Source: Octopus bimaculoides (Eukaryota). Taken from it: a stretch of 64,000 nucleotides of DNA. Within the stretch, counting starts at the first letter, position 1. Each line of letters starts with the position of its first letter. The translations under genes and the position numbers were made by a program. Positions 1-12,076 of the stretch are shown piece by piece. The DNA is taken from assembly GCF_001194135.2 (NCBI RefSeq), contig NC_068989.1, positions 44,342,402 through 44,406,401 on the forward strand. Direction: 5' to 3'. A model generated the notes under the pieces. That model searched no databases. It saw only the letters and a program-made list of their open reading frames with translations, and was not told the origin of the DNA.

Positions 1-934
1 AGGTGACAGAAGAGAGTATTAATGAAAGAGAAAGTGAGAGGACGATAAAGAGTGCAATAGATGAAAGAATGGGGGAATGAGATGAAAGAATGGGGGAATG
101 ATAGAGTTACATGATTGCTTCTAAAAATATTGAATAGAAATAGTTTGAGCGGCTGCTCTATGTTACCCAATTCTTCACAGCCACTTTCAGCTCGTTGGTA
201 TCATCAATTCGTTGATTCCGATGACTGTCTCCGAAGAATTAAACCGAAAAAGTGTAAGCCGAAGAGCACCAGATCCGAGCTGGACCGTCGACCAGCCTTT
301 TTTTGACTGATTTGAACCTAAAGATGTATGTGGTCATACATGGTGAGGAGAGCTAGTGATGTGTAGGAACAGAGTAATAGAAAATGATTTATACCAATGT
401 TGAGTTATAGAAAACAGAGTAATGTGTGAGAGTGTGCTGCTAAGTGAGTGTCAGTAATAAGAGATGGGAGAGGAAGTAACGGGAAAGAAAAGGTGAATAT
501 GAAGAGATCTAATGCGATGTACCTCGCTTCACAGGTGATGTGATGAGAGAAATAGGATTATAGTATGGCAGCACGTTGATGGAAGGGTGGTAAGAGATAG
601 AAAAGAGAGTACCGAAGAGTACCGAATGGTATACAGAGACTTAATGTGAACATAATGGTCGAAAAAGACTGAAATATGGATACTATACATCTCGGTCGCC
701 ACCTCTGCCATGACCAACTTCTTCACGTTCTTTTTTTCCATGGCTGCTTTAGTTGGTCTGGTCGTTGGCGCTGCGCTGCATGTCACGGTACTGCGTTATT
801 TAGTTATCTATTTATTATGTCTCTTCCTCTCCTTTTCTCTCTCCCCATATATATATATATATATATATATANNNNNNNNNNNNNNNNNNNNNNNNNNNNN
901 NATATATAAGCTAAATTTAAGGGTATATAAATAC

Positions 935-1155
935 TTATTTCTTTGTTGCCCACAAGGGGCTAAACATAGAGGGGACAAACAAGGACAGACAAAGGGATGA
1001 AGTCGATTACATCGACCCCAGTGGGTAACTGGTACTTAATTTATCGACCCCGAAAGGATGAAAGGCAAAGTCGACCTCGGCGGAATTTGAACTCAGAACG
1101 CTACGGCAGACGAAATACTGCTAAGCATTTCACCCGGCGCGCTAATGTTTCTGCC
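935..1155 (-). mobile_element. tRNA-derived SINE, type M (central GCCTTTCATCCTTTCGGGGTCGATAAA domain), with tail type A
   Basis: Reverse complement shows a pol III-like head (TTCTGAGTTCAAATTCC B-box-like), the central domain shared with about 25 other copies in the window, and a 3' tail TTTAGCCCCTTGTGGGCAACAAAGAAATA. Confidence 0.9.
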
Positions 1156-1687
1156 TGCTATAATCGGAGCCATCGTTCCCAAACCACCAGTAACTCACTA
1201 TTAGGATACATACGGGCAATGCAATGAACATAGGAGAAACAGGCTTACCTTGCGTGAAATATATAAGTAAGGAATGTATATTTCAATATCAATTGATTTT
1301 ACCCTCTGTATGACAAACATGCTCTGGGATCGTCAGTTGAAAATGACATTTTTAACATCGATTTCTGAAATATTCATCACATTACCTCGTACGCGTTCTT
1401 TACTTTAAACGCCACTGCGTCATTTAAAACGAAAACTATTGTGAACCAGTATAAATTTAAATAAAGAAGTATTATTACTGTTATTAATGAAAATAATAAG
1501 GTGGCTAGCAAGTTTACAACTTTACAGGCAAAATATAAGCTAAATTTAAAGAGTCAGTAGGGTATATAAATACCACTTGCTATAATCGGAGCCATCGTTC
1601 CCAAACCACTAGTAACTCACCATTAAGATACACACAGACAATGCAATGAACATAGGAGAAACAGGCTTACTTTGCGTGGAATACATA

Positions 1688-2560
1688 AACTGAACCACAA
1701 AAGAAACGTCGCACACACTAAAAAGAAACCGGTTTATTAACAGGCTGCTATAGCATTGACTGAAAAGTGCTAATTAAGAAACCGTTCTTTCCTAATGATA
1801 AAACGTTTCTTGAAACATGTTTGACGTCGCATGGTGTCACGTGACGATGGAGTGTCCTGGATTCAATATCTCGTGTGACCACCGTTAGCGTTGATTATCG
1901 CCAGATTTCTGGTTGAGGGCAATCTCGCCCCATATGATGCTCTATCCTCCGCATGAGTCTCTCTCTACCACACAGCCATTCTCCAAACACTAGCTCAGCC
2001 ATCTGCCACAGAAATGCAATATCGACTTTCGTCAGAGAAGACTACAGTCCTCCACTGCTGATATCGCCAGTTCTGACGTTTTTGAGCCCACTGCAGACAT
2101 GCCCGTCGATGACGATCCGTGAGGATTGGGCTTCTAGCCGGACGTCGACAAGACAGATTGAAAGATCTCAGCCGATGGCGAATTGTCTCTGCACAAATTA
2201 GGTCTGTGGTGTATCCCTATGATCTGCCTAGCTGATTCCGTTGCCCTCCGGAATCGGTCCTGTAAGTGCTGTCGGTGCAGGTGGAGATCTTGAAGTGCCG
2301 TTGCAACCCTCGGTCGGCCACTGCATGAACGATCATTCGTGCTGTTTGCAGCATTGTATCGTTCCCTCAGCCACTCAATTGTTTTAATACTGCAGTTCAA
2401 GTCATTAGGAATAACCCATGGACGTTGACCAGCATGGAGACGTCCGATGGCTTGCTCCCTCTGATTTCGTGTCAGCCTTGGCATGCTTGCTGCGTTCGGG
2501 AAACGAATTTGTTCTTTATTAACAATTTAGTTGAACATAGAGTGGACAATACAAAAAAAG
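1688..2560 (-). mobile_element. Degenerate, internally deleted Tc1-like DNA transposon
   Basis: ORF 2134-2484 encodes a paired-like HTH N-terminus (MPRLTRNQREQAIGRL...SGRPRV). The downstream frame reads WAQKRQNWRYQQWRTVVFSDESRYC, the first Asp of the DDE triad. A TIR-like end (AAACTGAACCACAAAAGAAACG) lies at about 1688; the partner TIR was not found. Confidence 0.8.
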
Positions 2561-2774
2561 GGGGTCGGGGGATCTAATGATAAAACAACATGAGAGACAC
2601 ACAAAAATTAATGATACTATATAAAAATTAAAAAAAACGAATGAAAAGCAAAAAGGAGACAGACGAAATACCTCTAAGCATTTCACCCGGCGTGCTAATG
2701 ATTCTGCCAGCCTTACTGTTCTATATAACGATTTCAAATTTTAGCACAGGGTTAGATTTTAAGACTCATTTTAG

Positions 2775-2965
2775 CACTTTTTGAGGGGAGGAGTAAGTCG
2801 ATCACATCTACCCCAGCATTCAAACTGGTACTTATTTTCTCCACCCGGAAAGGATGAAAGGCAAAGTCGATATCTGCGGAATTTGTACTCAGAGCACGAA
2901 GACGGACGAAATGTCGCAAAGCATTTTGCCCGGCACGGTAAACGATTCTGACAACTCTTCGCCTT
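2775..2965 (-). mobile_element. SINE type M, degenerate; head fragment also at 2660-2725
   Basis: GGATGAAAGGCAAAGTCGA core and head motifs. Confidence 0.8.
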
Positions 2966-3298
2966 GCTGTATTATATAATTAGATTTCATAGAGTTAAAG
3001 CTGGTTAAAAGATTATATGATGACATTAACTCATCTTTTTATATATCTTATATTGGAATTAATATATCTAAACACATATGAAAATATGTATTTTATATGG
3101 AGAAGGAAAAAAAACGCATTTGTACTTGAGAATGAGATATCGCACCACATGATTTTACTAATTATGAAACGGATAATGCAATAATACAATGGTGTTGTTT
3201 GGATTCTCCGGGGTATGTTGTATGGGATGTTAGATTTTAAAACTCATTTTTGCGCAATAAAGTTGTAAATGTCTTTCTATTTAATTTATTTAAAAAGT

Positions 3299-3671
3299 GG
3301 AGGCGCAATGGCCCAGTGGTTAGGGCAGCGGACTCGTGGTCATAGGATCGCGGTTTCGATTACCTGACCGGGCGTTGTGAGTGTTTATTGAGTGAAAACA
3401 CCTAAAGCTCCACGAGGCTCCGGCAGGGGATGGTGGCGAACCCTGCTGTACTCTTTCACCACAACTTTCTCTCGCTCTTACTTCCTGTTTCTCCTGTAAT
3501 TCAAAGGGTCAGCCTTGTCACACTGTGTCACACTGAATATCCCCGAGAACTACGTTAAGGGTACACGTGTCTGTGGAGTGCTCAGCCACTTGTACGTTAA
3601 TTTCACGAGCAGGCTGTTCCGTTGATCGGATCAACTGGAACCCTCGACGTCGTAAGCGACGGAGTGCCAAC
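3299..3671 (+). mobile_element. tRNA-derived SINE of about 380 bp (probably the octopus OR1-like family)
   Basis: A-box TGGCCCAGTGG and B-box GGTTTCGATT in the head; body near-identical to 40692-41049 and 49515-49907; 12-bp TSD ATTTA(A/G)AAAGTG with one mismatch. The family name is from memory and unverified. Confidence 0.85.
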
Positions 3672-5469
3672 ATTTAGAAAGTGTTTGTGATGGATAAATC
3701 AAAAAAATTGGTCATAAATTCCATTTATGGAGGGTCAGATGAATTTGCGACGGTTCCACGACATAGTAGTACCTTATTTAAGCATGTTCTTGTCATAAGC
3801 ATAGAATTATATTAGTTCACTTGTAATTATCTTTTAGCTGACCCACTGAATGTTTAATTTGGATTGGATGAACCTTTTAGCCATTTGTCAAAAGCAATTT
3901 TAAAGATGTCTTGGTTGAAAATTAATGGTATTTATGGTTAGGCGAATGTATATGAGTAAAAGAGTAAATAGGTTTTAGCGATAGTGGATTGTATCATTCT
4001 GTTTTTCTTTTCCTGTGATTGTCTGAAGGGTTCTGAGTATTTTGATAATATTGTAATTTCTCAGTGAATCCTTTGATGTAGTATTCCGAATTTTCCAAAA
4101 TTATTTCTTCATTTAAAGATGACTTGGAGATTTTTAGGAATATACTTTTGATTGCGTTGTAAACAATGTTTACTGGTGATTGGATAATTGTTGTGTGCAT
4201 ATGTGTGCTAGTATGCTTTTTTCATAGGGCCAGAGCATCGAGCTAAATAAATGGTGGCATCTAAGAAATTAATTACTTTTTAGCGGGCTTTCGCTGTAAT
4301 ACTAAATCCTAACTCTTCAAGACTGAAATTGCTTTCGAAAAATAATAAAACTATCATCCACGTTTAAACCACAAGATATGAAAGGGTAATAGCTTGTATA
4401 AATATCCTTACAGGGCTCCCACTTCTACCTTCATCTTATGTTCACTTCAAGGTTTCAGTATTTTGCTTTTTATCCAAAAAGTGTTCTTAAAAAAAGGAGG
4501 GACTTTCTAGCCTAAAATATTGTTTCACTATCAGATGGCTTAGTAGATAATAGTTTTGGCAAAACGAATAGCATTATTCAAGTTAGATTTAGTGATGGGC
4601 GGCTAATAATCGCGTATATCAAATTGAAAAAAGTAACATTCTTTCATATTTTGAATTGAATTAAATCAGTTTATTACGGAAGTTGAATTGTACCGCAGGA
4701 ATATAGGTGATAGATGCTTAATCTTAGATTCTAGTTACAGCACCGATGTCTGATTTTGAAAGATTAATGAAAGCACTGAACTTGTGTCTTTTAGAGTAAT
4801 ATATAATTTTCTGCACATTACTTCCAAAAGTTAGTGATTAATATGGTTTATATCCAGCTTGAACGTTTATAAGTTTTCAACATCATCATCATCATCATCA
4901 TCTCCCCCTCCTCTTTATTCTATTATAATTCGATTCACATCAAGGATACATCATAGGTATGTGAATCGACTCCAGTACTTGATTGGTACTTTAATTTATA
5001 GACGTCAAGAGGATGAAAGGCACAGCTAATCTCGGCAGAAATTCTACTCAGAATGTAAAGAACTGCAATGAAATAACAACGTAAGACCTACCAGTTTTGC
5101 CATTTCACCGCCTGCGTCAAAGCTGGCAAGAAAAATTACAGAAAGATAATTCAAAAGAATTGAAGTATGGCGTTGATGGTTTGGGCAACTTGGTTAGTAC
5201 TGAACCTTGACAATGATGAACATTAGTGGCGATAAACAGAGAAGAGTCTGATGTTTTGGATGGGCCCAGTGGAAGGTGTATGGAGCTAGCTAGTTCAGAG
5301 AAATAGAAACCGTTGTAGTAGCCATGGAATGGAAAATGTTGAAACAACATGCCTCTGGACCACAGGCTATAGGCATGGTTGGATTATCTATCAAGTAAAA
5401 TAGTTACGCACTAAGCAATGAGGGAACTGCAGAGTATTTTTTTTCTGTTGACATATTTAGCACGATGCA

Positions 5470-5697
5470 ATAATTATTTCTACTCTAGGCACAAGGCCTT
5501 GAAAATTTTTGGGGAAGGGGGCTAGACGATTATATCGACCACCGTATGTAACTGGTACTTATTTCATCGACCCGACCCAGAAAAAAGGAAATGCAAAGTC
5601 GACCACGGCAGAAATTGAACTCAGAACGTATTGGCGGGCGAAATACCGCTAACCATTTTGCCCGCCGTGCTAACGATTCTGCCAGCTTGCCGCTTTG
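5470..5697 (-). mobile_element. SINE type M with tail type B (GGCCTTGTGCCTAGAGTAGAAA-(ATT)n); older copy at 4925-5112
   Basis: Similarity to the other type-M copies. Confidence 0.85.
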
Positions 5698-6257
5698 ACG
5701 ATGCAATAATAATGGCGCTTCTATGGTACACGTGGAAGCAGTGACATACCGTTGATATTTTTAGGTTACATGCAATGGACTTTAAAAAAATCTCCTTCCA
5801 ATATCCTGTTTGTAAAAATTTTATCCATATTAATTATTTCAAACTAAGTTACTTGTTAATCGCTGGTAGGGACACCGTATATTATGCAACTACTATATAC
5901 TACAAAGGATATTAAAGGCTTATAAGTTAATACTGTGTCCTGCCTGTGTTAGCAGTGCGATTCAATAACTTTTTAAAGTTATCTCTACAAATTTTCTATA
6001 AAAATATATAAAACTGGTATACCCAATTGTGTTACACCGTGGTTATTTAAGCAATGTGTTCGGAGATGGTTAATGGGCTGAATGTGGTGCTGAAGTAGGA
6101 GCAATATCTCCTGAAATATGCATATACACCCTTTACCATTTCTCTATCTTCGATCGCATTGATTACTTAGACGGATTCGTATACGAAACGTAACTTTCAG
6201 TGCTGGCTCTTATTTCTGTACAAAATCTTTGGTGATAACTTTAAAAAGTAAACTACT

Positions 6258-7355
6258 AGGCGCAGGAGTGGCTGTGTGGTAAGTACCTTGCTTACCAACC
6301 ACATGGTTCCGGGTTCAGTCCCACTGCGTGGCACCTTGGGCAAGTGTCTTCTACTATAGCCTCGGGCCGACCAAATCCTTGTGAGTGGATTTGGTAGACG
6401 GAAACTGAAAGAAGCCTGTCGTATATATGTATATATATATGTATGTGTGTTTGTGTGTCTGTGTTTGTCCCCCCACCATCGCTTGACAACCGATGCTGGT
6501 GTGTTTACGTCCCCGTTACTTAGCGGTTCGGCAAAAAGAGACCGATAGAATAAGGGATCTATNNNNNNNNNNNNNNNNNNNNNNNNNNNNNNNNNNNNNN
6601 NNNNNNNNNNNNNNNNNNNNNNNNNNNNNNNNNNNNNNNNNNNNNNNNNNNNNNNNNNNNNNNNNNNNNNNNNNNNNNNNNNNNNNNNNNNNNNNNNNNN
6701 NNNNNNNNNNNNNNNNNNNNNNNNNNNNNNNNNNNNNNNNNNNNNNNNNNNNNNNNNNNNNNNNNNNNNNNNNNNNNNNNNNNNNNNNNNNNNNNNNNNN
6801 NNNNNNNNNNNNNNNNNNNNNNNNNNNNNNNNNNNNNNNNNNNNNNNNNNNNNNNNNNNNNNNNNNNNNNNNNNNNNNNNNNNNNNNNNNNNNNNNNNNN
6901 NNNNNNNNNNNNNNNNNNNNNNNNNNNNNNNNNNNNNNNNNNNNNNNNNNNNNNNNNNNNNNNNAACCCTAAGGTTAGGGTTCGGGTTAGGGTTAGGGTT
7001 AATTGTTTCAGAATCGTTTGTTTATGTAGTCGGCACTTAATGTATATCGGCTGAATGGACGTCAGTGATTGGTTGAAATTACAGAAATACGACAACTTTC
7101 ACATGGAATAACTTATAGATTTCTTTTTTTTAAAGAAGACTAAGAGAAAAAGATGTTTTATATGACACATTCTACCAGTGTTCCAAGTTTCAAAGTGTTT
7201 CGTTAATGAAAAATGTGGCCCCCATTTTAAAAAAGATCCAGAATAAGTACTAGGCTTACAAAGAATAAGTCCTGGGGTCGATTTTCTCGACTAAAGGCGG
7301 TGCTCCAGCATGGCCGCAGTCAAATGACTGAAACAAGTAAAAGAGTAAAAGAGTA
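6258..7355 (+). mobile_element. CORE-type tRNA SINE interrupted by a nested MITE at 6555-7239
   Basis: Head GGCTGTGTGG...GGTTCAGTCCC, CORE-like CCTTGGGCAAGTGTCTT, internal (TA/TG)n, and tail TGACTGAAACAAGTAAAAGAG resuming at 7240. Confidence 0.9.
6555..7239. mobile_element. Non-autonomous DNA transposon, Merlin-like (GG termini, 8-bp TSD), containing TTAGGG repeats
   Basis: TSD AGAATAAG at 6547-6554 and 7240-7247; ends GGATCT...AGATCC; (TTAGGG)-like run at 6965-7001. The left part is mostly N-gap. Superfamily inferred from the termini only. Confidence 0.65.
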
Positions 7356-7763
7356 CTTGTATACAAGTAGCATTCGAATACTAGTATTATTAGAAAATTG
7401 AATTTTCAACATACGGAGATAAAAAAAAATGGGTTCGTCTCATCACTAATGTACAAGATTGAGCTATCAGTTGAAACTCCAAAACCCTATACAAATCATT
7501 TCGGAAAACTCCGCCGTCTCTTGTTTTCAAATGGTTAATAGATCTTGAGATTTCTTGCAGGAAGTTTTTTATTTTATGATGGTAGTGGTGATGGGATAGT
7601 GGTTAGTGGATAGTGGATAGTGGTTAACTAGTACGGTTCACGATCATAAGGTCGTGAATTCAATTCCTATATAGGGCAGCACGATGTGTCCTTGAGCAAA
7701 GAACTTCAGTTTACGGTACTCCAGTCTACACAGCTGTAAATGAGTACCAGCTGAATGATGGCG

Positions 7764-7767
<4 letters not shown>

Positions 7768-7820
<53 letters not shown>

Positions 7821-8115
7821 CTTTCTCCCTTCAGTTGTCACATCCCAGATGTTCCGCTGGATCAAGGGTGTGGTCTTGAGAGCGACTATACAGGCATCGA
7901 AAATTATTAGTAACAGCATGGTACATGTTACTGTGTCATACTCACTCGCAACTAATGGCTGTCTATGAGTTATACTGTATGTATGCATGCATGTATATAT
8001 GTATATATGTATATATGCATGCACGTATGCATATATGCATATATTCATGTATGCATATTTGCATATATGCATGTATGCATATATGCATCGCTGTATGTAT
8101 ATATGCATGCATGTA
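7768..8115. repeat. (CT)n microsatellite (7768-7815) and degenerate (ATGC/ATAT)n repeat (7975-8115)
   Basis: Directly visible. Confidence 0.95.
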
Positions 8116-8594
8116 AGAGTAACTGCATGTCAATTTCGGTTTGCAAAACAAAATTAACAGCTTCGTCATTTTGATTGGTCAATAGCAATATTGAACAGAA
8201 TAAAGAATAACATTCAACGATTTCAGAATATACCTGACTTGCTCTCCTTACCATACTCTCTCTCTCTCTCCCTCTTTCTTTTCCTCCCTCTAGATTCTTA
8301 CATACATCACGCACACTATCACTCTCTGACATAAGTAGAAAGTTAAACTCTCGTTTAATACCAAACCAACTATCAGATCTGGGCAACAGTTGCAGTAGTA
8401 GGAGCAGCCGCAGCAGAGAGAATCTTGCTCGGTACGAAAGATACAGAACAGGATGAAAGACAAAGAAAAGAAGGTGGGAATAAGCAAGAACCAGATGTAA
8501 CGTGTTTTCTGTTCACGTGTTTGGTTAGATTATACTCTTAGTTGTTCATGTCTTAATAGATGTGATTGAGATTCAATAGAAGAGTGAAGGGAGA

Positions 8595-9535
8595 TTGCTG
8601 TTGTTGTTGTTGTGGTGGTGGTGGTGGTGGTGGTTGTTGTTGTTATTGTGATGGTGGTGACTGTGCTGGTTGTGGTTGTGTTTGTGTTGCTGTTGTTGTT
8701 ATTAATTTTGTTGTTGTTGTTGTTGTTGATGTTGGTGGTGGTGGTGTAGGTGATGGTGGTGGTGGTGATAGTAGGAGTGGTTGTGTTGTTGCTGTTGNNN
8801 NNNNNNNNNNNNNNNNNNNNNNNNNNNNNNNNNNNNNNNNNNNNNNNNNNNNNNNNNNNNNNNNNNNNNNNNNNNNNNNNNNNNNNNNNNNNNNNNNNNN
8901 NNNNNNNNNNNNNNNNNNNNNNNNNNNNNNNNNNNNNNNNNNNNNNNNNNNNNNNNNNNNNNNNNNNNNNNNNNNNNNNNNNNNNNNNNNNNNNNNNNNN
9001 NNNNNNNNNNNNNNNNNNNNNNNNNNNNNNNNNNNNNNNNNNNNNNNNNNNNNNNNNNNNNNNNNNNNNNNNNNNNNNNNNNNNNNNNNNNNNNNNNNNN
9101 NNNNNNNNNNNNNNNNNNNNNNNNNNNNNNNNNNNNNNNNNNNNNNNNNNNNNNNNNNNNNNNNNNNNNNNNGGTGATAGTAGGGGTGGTTGTGTTGTTG
9201 TTAGGTAGTGGTGGTGGTGGTGGTGATAGTAGGGGTGGTTGTGTTGTTTGGTGGTGGTGGTGGTGGTCGTCGTCGTCATGGTAATAGTGGTGACGGCGGC
9301 GGTGGCAGTGGTGGTGGTGGTGATGCTGCTGCTGCTGTTGGTGGTGCTGATGCTGGTAGCAGTAGCGGTGGCGGCGGCGGTGATGGTAGTGGTGGGTGGC
9401 GACGGTGGTGTACTAGTGGTGATGGTGACGGTGACGGTGGTGATGGTGACGGTGGCGATGGTGCTACTGGATGGTATCATGCTTATGAATGTATGATGGT
9501 GATGAAGGAGAATACCGATGATGATGATGATGATG
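8595..9535. repeat. Compound (GGT/GTT/GAT)n simple repeat with a recurring GGTGATAGTAGGGGTGGTTGTGTTGTTG unit spanning a gap
   Basis: Directly visible; it accounts for the low-complexity ORFs here. Confidence 0.95.
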
Positions 9536-9939
9536 TAAAAAGGTCGTACGCATAGTAACTGTACTTGCAAGCGATTGACGTAATAATTTGTAGCACCTGC
9601 TGCCACCTGCTGTTGCTGCACCTACTGCAAGGATGCAGATTGTATTGTGCGTATGTTAGTAAGTTCATTTGGTTTTGTTGGTGCAGCTTCCAGATGTCAA
9701 AGGTTAACAGTTCTGAAACTATACACCACATTGTATCNNNNNNNNNNNNNNNNNNNNNNNNNNNNNNNNNNNNNNNNNNNNNNNNNNNNNNNNNNNNNNN
9801 NNNNNNNNNNNNNNNNNNNNNNNNNNNNNNNNNNNNNCAATAGCGTATTAATTATTATCTCAGCAATATTAAATGACCATAATGCTGTGTAGAATCAAAA
9901 TGCAAAATGCACTGGACAAACTGTTAGAATCACTAACAC

Positions 9940-10745
9940 ACCACACAAAAGCATTATCACTCATCTTTTATATCCGAGGAATTTCGACCCACCACAACCA
10001 TGCAATGGTACAAGATTGACTGTAACTACAATGACAAGTCATGTCCTACAAGCAACCATTATTTCCGGCTGTCATTGAGGAGAGATCGCATACATTCCAC
10101 GCATGCCCCTTATTCACTCAAATGTGTCATTTGATTTCAAGTACCTCCAGTTCCCAGTGCAATTATGCTTCACGATGACAATCAACAAAGCCCAGGGTCA
10201 AACTTTAAAAACTGTGTGTCTCAATTCACAAATACCCTGCTTTTCTCATGGACATCTGTATATCGCATGCTCTCGAGTTAGCAGTGCAGATGACTTGTAT
10301 ATTTATTCTACCAACACTGGACTTACGCAAAACATAGTTTACCCAGAAACATTGTCGGCTTCACTTAACATATGTTGAAGTGTGCAGTCTGCCCAAACAT
10401 TAGAGACGATGCTTTTCACAATGAAGCAGCTTCCTTTCCATGTACCTTACTTTCTGCAATACAGATAGCTCTACGTCCTCATACGTCATCCAATTCTTAA
10501 AATCCGTAAGTCTAGGTAATTCTGGAGGCAATATTAGGATTTCCTTCTAAACTAAGCTGCCATTCTACATGTTTTTGGTGCCAACAATTTTAGCATTGTT
10601 CATCACAAAATTACCGAAAAACGTTTATTAAGAAGAGTTTTTGCTTCACACTCCTCGTATGCCGATTCTTCCCATAAGAAAGAAACAAATAATACAATGT
10701 GGCTGTAGGTCATAGCACCCTGGCAACGCTGGGATGCATTGCTAG
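9940..10745 (+). mobile_element. Helitron 3' remnant: C-terminal PIF1-like helicase exon, terminal hairpin and CTAG
   Basis: Translation RNFDPPQPCNGTRL...IPRMPLI...FKYLQFPVQLCFTMTINKAQGQTL...FSHGHLYIACSRV...NIVYPETL contains SF1B helicase motifs, with one in-frame stop. Imperfect hairpin CCCTGGCAACGCTGGG at 10718-10733, then CTAG|T at 10742-10746. Confidence 0.9.
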
Positions 10746-10893
10746 TATCTTATAATTTTCAAATCCGCCGCGCAAGCGAAGTTACATTCGGCAGCAAATA
10801 ATAATTAAAAAAATTAAAACTGCGTACTAGAAAGGCTTTGAAACTACGAAGATTTTTACTGTGAAAATAATAAAGGTAGAAAATAAAAAGAAA

Positions 10894-11133
10894 TTTTCAT
10901 ACCGGTGCGTAATAAAGTTAATAGACAACATATTTTCATATATAACAGTGTATAAACATTTTACGTGTTTATACACGAAAGAGGTGACCTTAAACTGCCC
11001 TTTCTAGCATGTAAGGTGTCATGTCAAAGGTCACCTCTTTCGTGTATAAATGCCTAAATTGTTTATACACTGTTATATATAAAAGTATGTTGTCTATTGG
11101 GTTTATTACGCATGCTAGCTACCGGTATGAAAT
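10894..11133. mobile_element. Palindromic fold-back MITE (arms of about 100 bp, spacer of about 35 bp)
   Basis: TTTCATACCGGT...GAAAGAGGTGACCTT is the inverted complement of AAGGTCACCTCTTTC...ACCGGTATGAAA. Confidence 0.85.
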
Positions 11134-11931
11134 CTTTTCTCAATTTTCTACTCTTTCCATTTTTCTTGAGTGTCAAACGTCAAACTAATACACTTGCTTG
11201 TTGTTCCTTCACCTGTCTTTGTCTTTCTATAAATTTGAACTATATATATCAGGCTGAGTAAAATGTAAGCAACGTTTTGAAACATGAAATTCATCGCAAT
11301 ATATTTCAACAATGCGGAAATTTTAATCTTCAAAGTAAGTATCCTTACAATCAACAAACTTTTGCCAACAAGTTGCAAGTTTGTTTATTCCGGTAATATA
11401 AAAATCTGGAGTTTTGGAGCTGATGAACTCTTTGAACGCACTTTCAGCATCGGTTTGATTTTTGAACTCCTTCTCTTGCAGAAAACCATCAAGTTGCTTG
11501 AAAAAGTGGAAGTTGGTAGCAGAAAGTTCTGGGAAATAAACTGGGTGGGGAAGAATTTCGTAGCCAAATTCCCTCAACTTCTGGAGTGTCATTAGCAAAA
11601 CGTGTGGTCGAGCATTGTCATGAAGAATGATGGACTCTCTTCCATTGACCAGTCTGGGACGAAGGAGTAGCAGTTTTTCGTTCATTTTTGGCAATTTCAT
11701 GGCAATATGTTTCTGTAGTAATGGTTTTTCCGGGCTTTAAGATGTTATAGTGGATGAGTGCAGCAGTACACCACCAAACAGTCATCGTAACCTTCTTTTT
11801 GAAGAGCTCAGGTTTAGGGGAGGTTTTCGGTGCTTTATTTTGGTCCAACCACTGTGAAGAACGTTTTTTTTTTTATCATTGTAGAGAATCCACTTTCCAT
11901 CGCAAGTTACAATACGATCGAGAAATGGATC

Positions 11932-12076
11932 TGATTTTTTATTGCCTATAAAAGGCGAAACAAAGAATCTTCCGTCAAACATTACAACGCATAAAGACAA
12001 TACAAACGCGACAAACACAAACTCAGGGAAATAAAAATACAAAAAGAAGATGAAATCAGAAGAAAAACTAAAATAA
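11932..12076 (-). mobile_element. 5'-truncated 3' tail of the ORF1-only retroposon family inserted into the mariner
   Basis: Perfect 13-bp TSD CGAGAAATGGATC at 11919-11931 and 12077-12089. The minus strand ends GCCTTTTATAGGCAATAAAAAATCA and resembles the 3' UTRs at 34310-34440 and 35320-35432. Confidence 0.75.

Noticed and set aside
710-787. Signal-peptide-like first exon MTNFFTFFFSMAALVGLVVGAALHVT, and a possible exon at 181-253
   Set aside because: Weak donor, no compatible downstream exon found, no recognisable homology.
3299-3375. tRNA-like sequences at SINE 5' ends (also 40692, 43649, 49830-49907)
   Set aside because: They have A/B boxes but no full cloverleaf, and run into SINE bodies with TSDs; not tRNA genes.
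6965-7001. True telomere or chromosome-fusion site
   Set aside because: Only a few units, inside an element bounded by a TSD.
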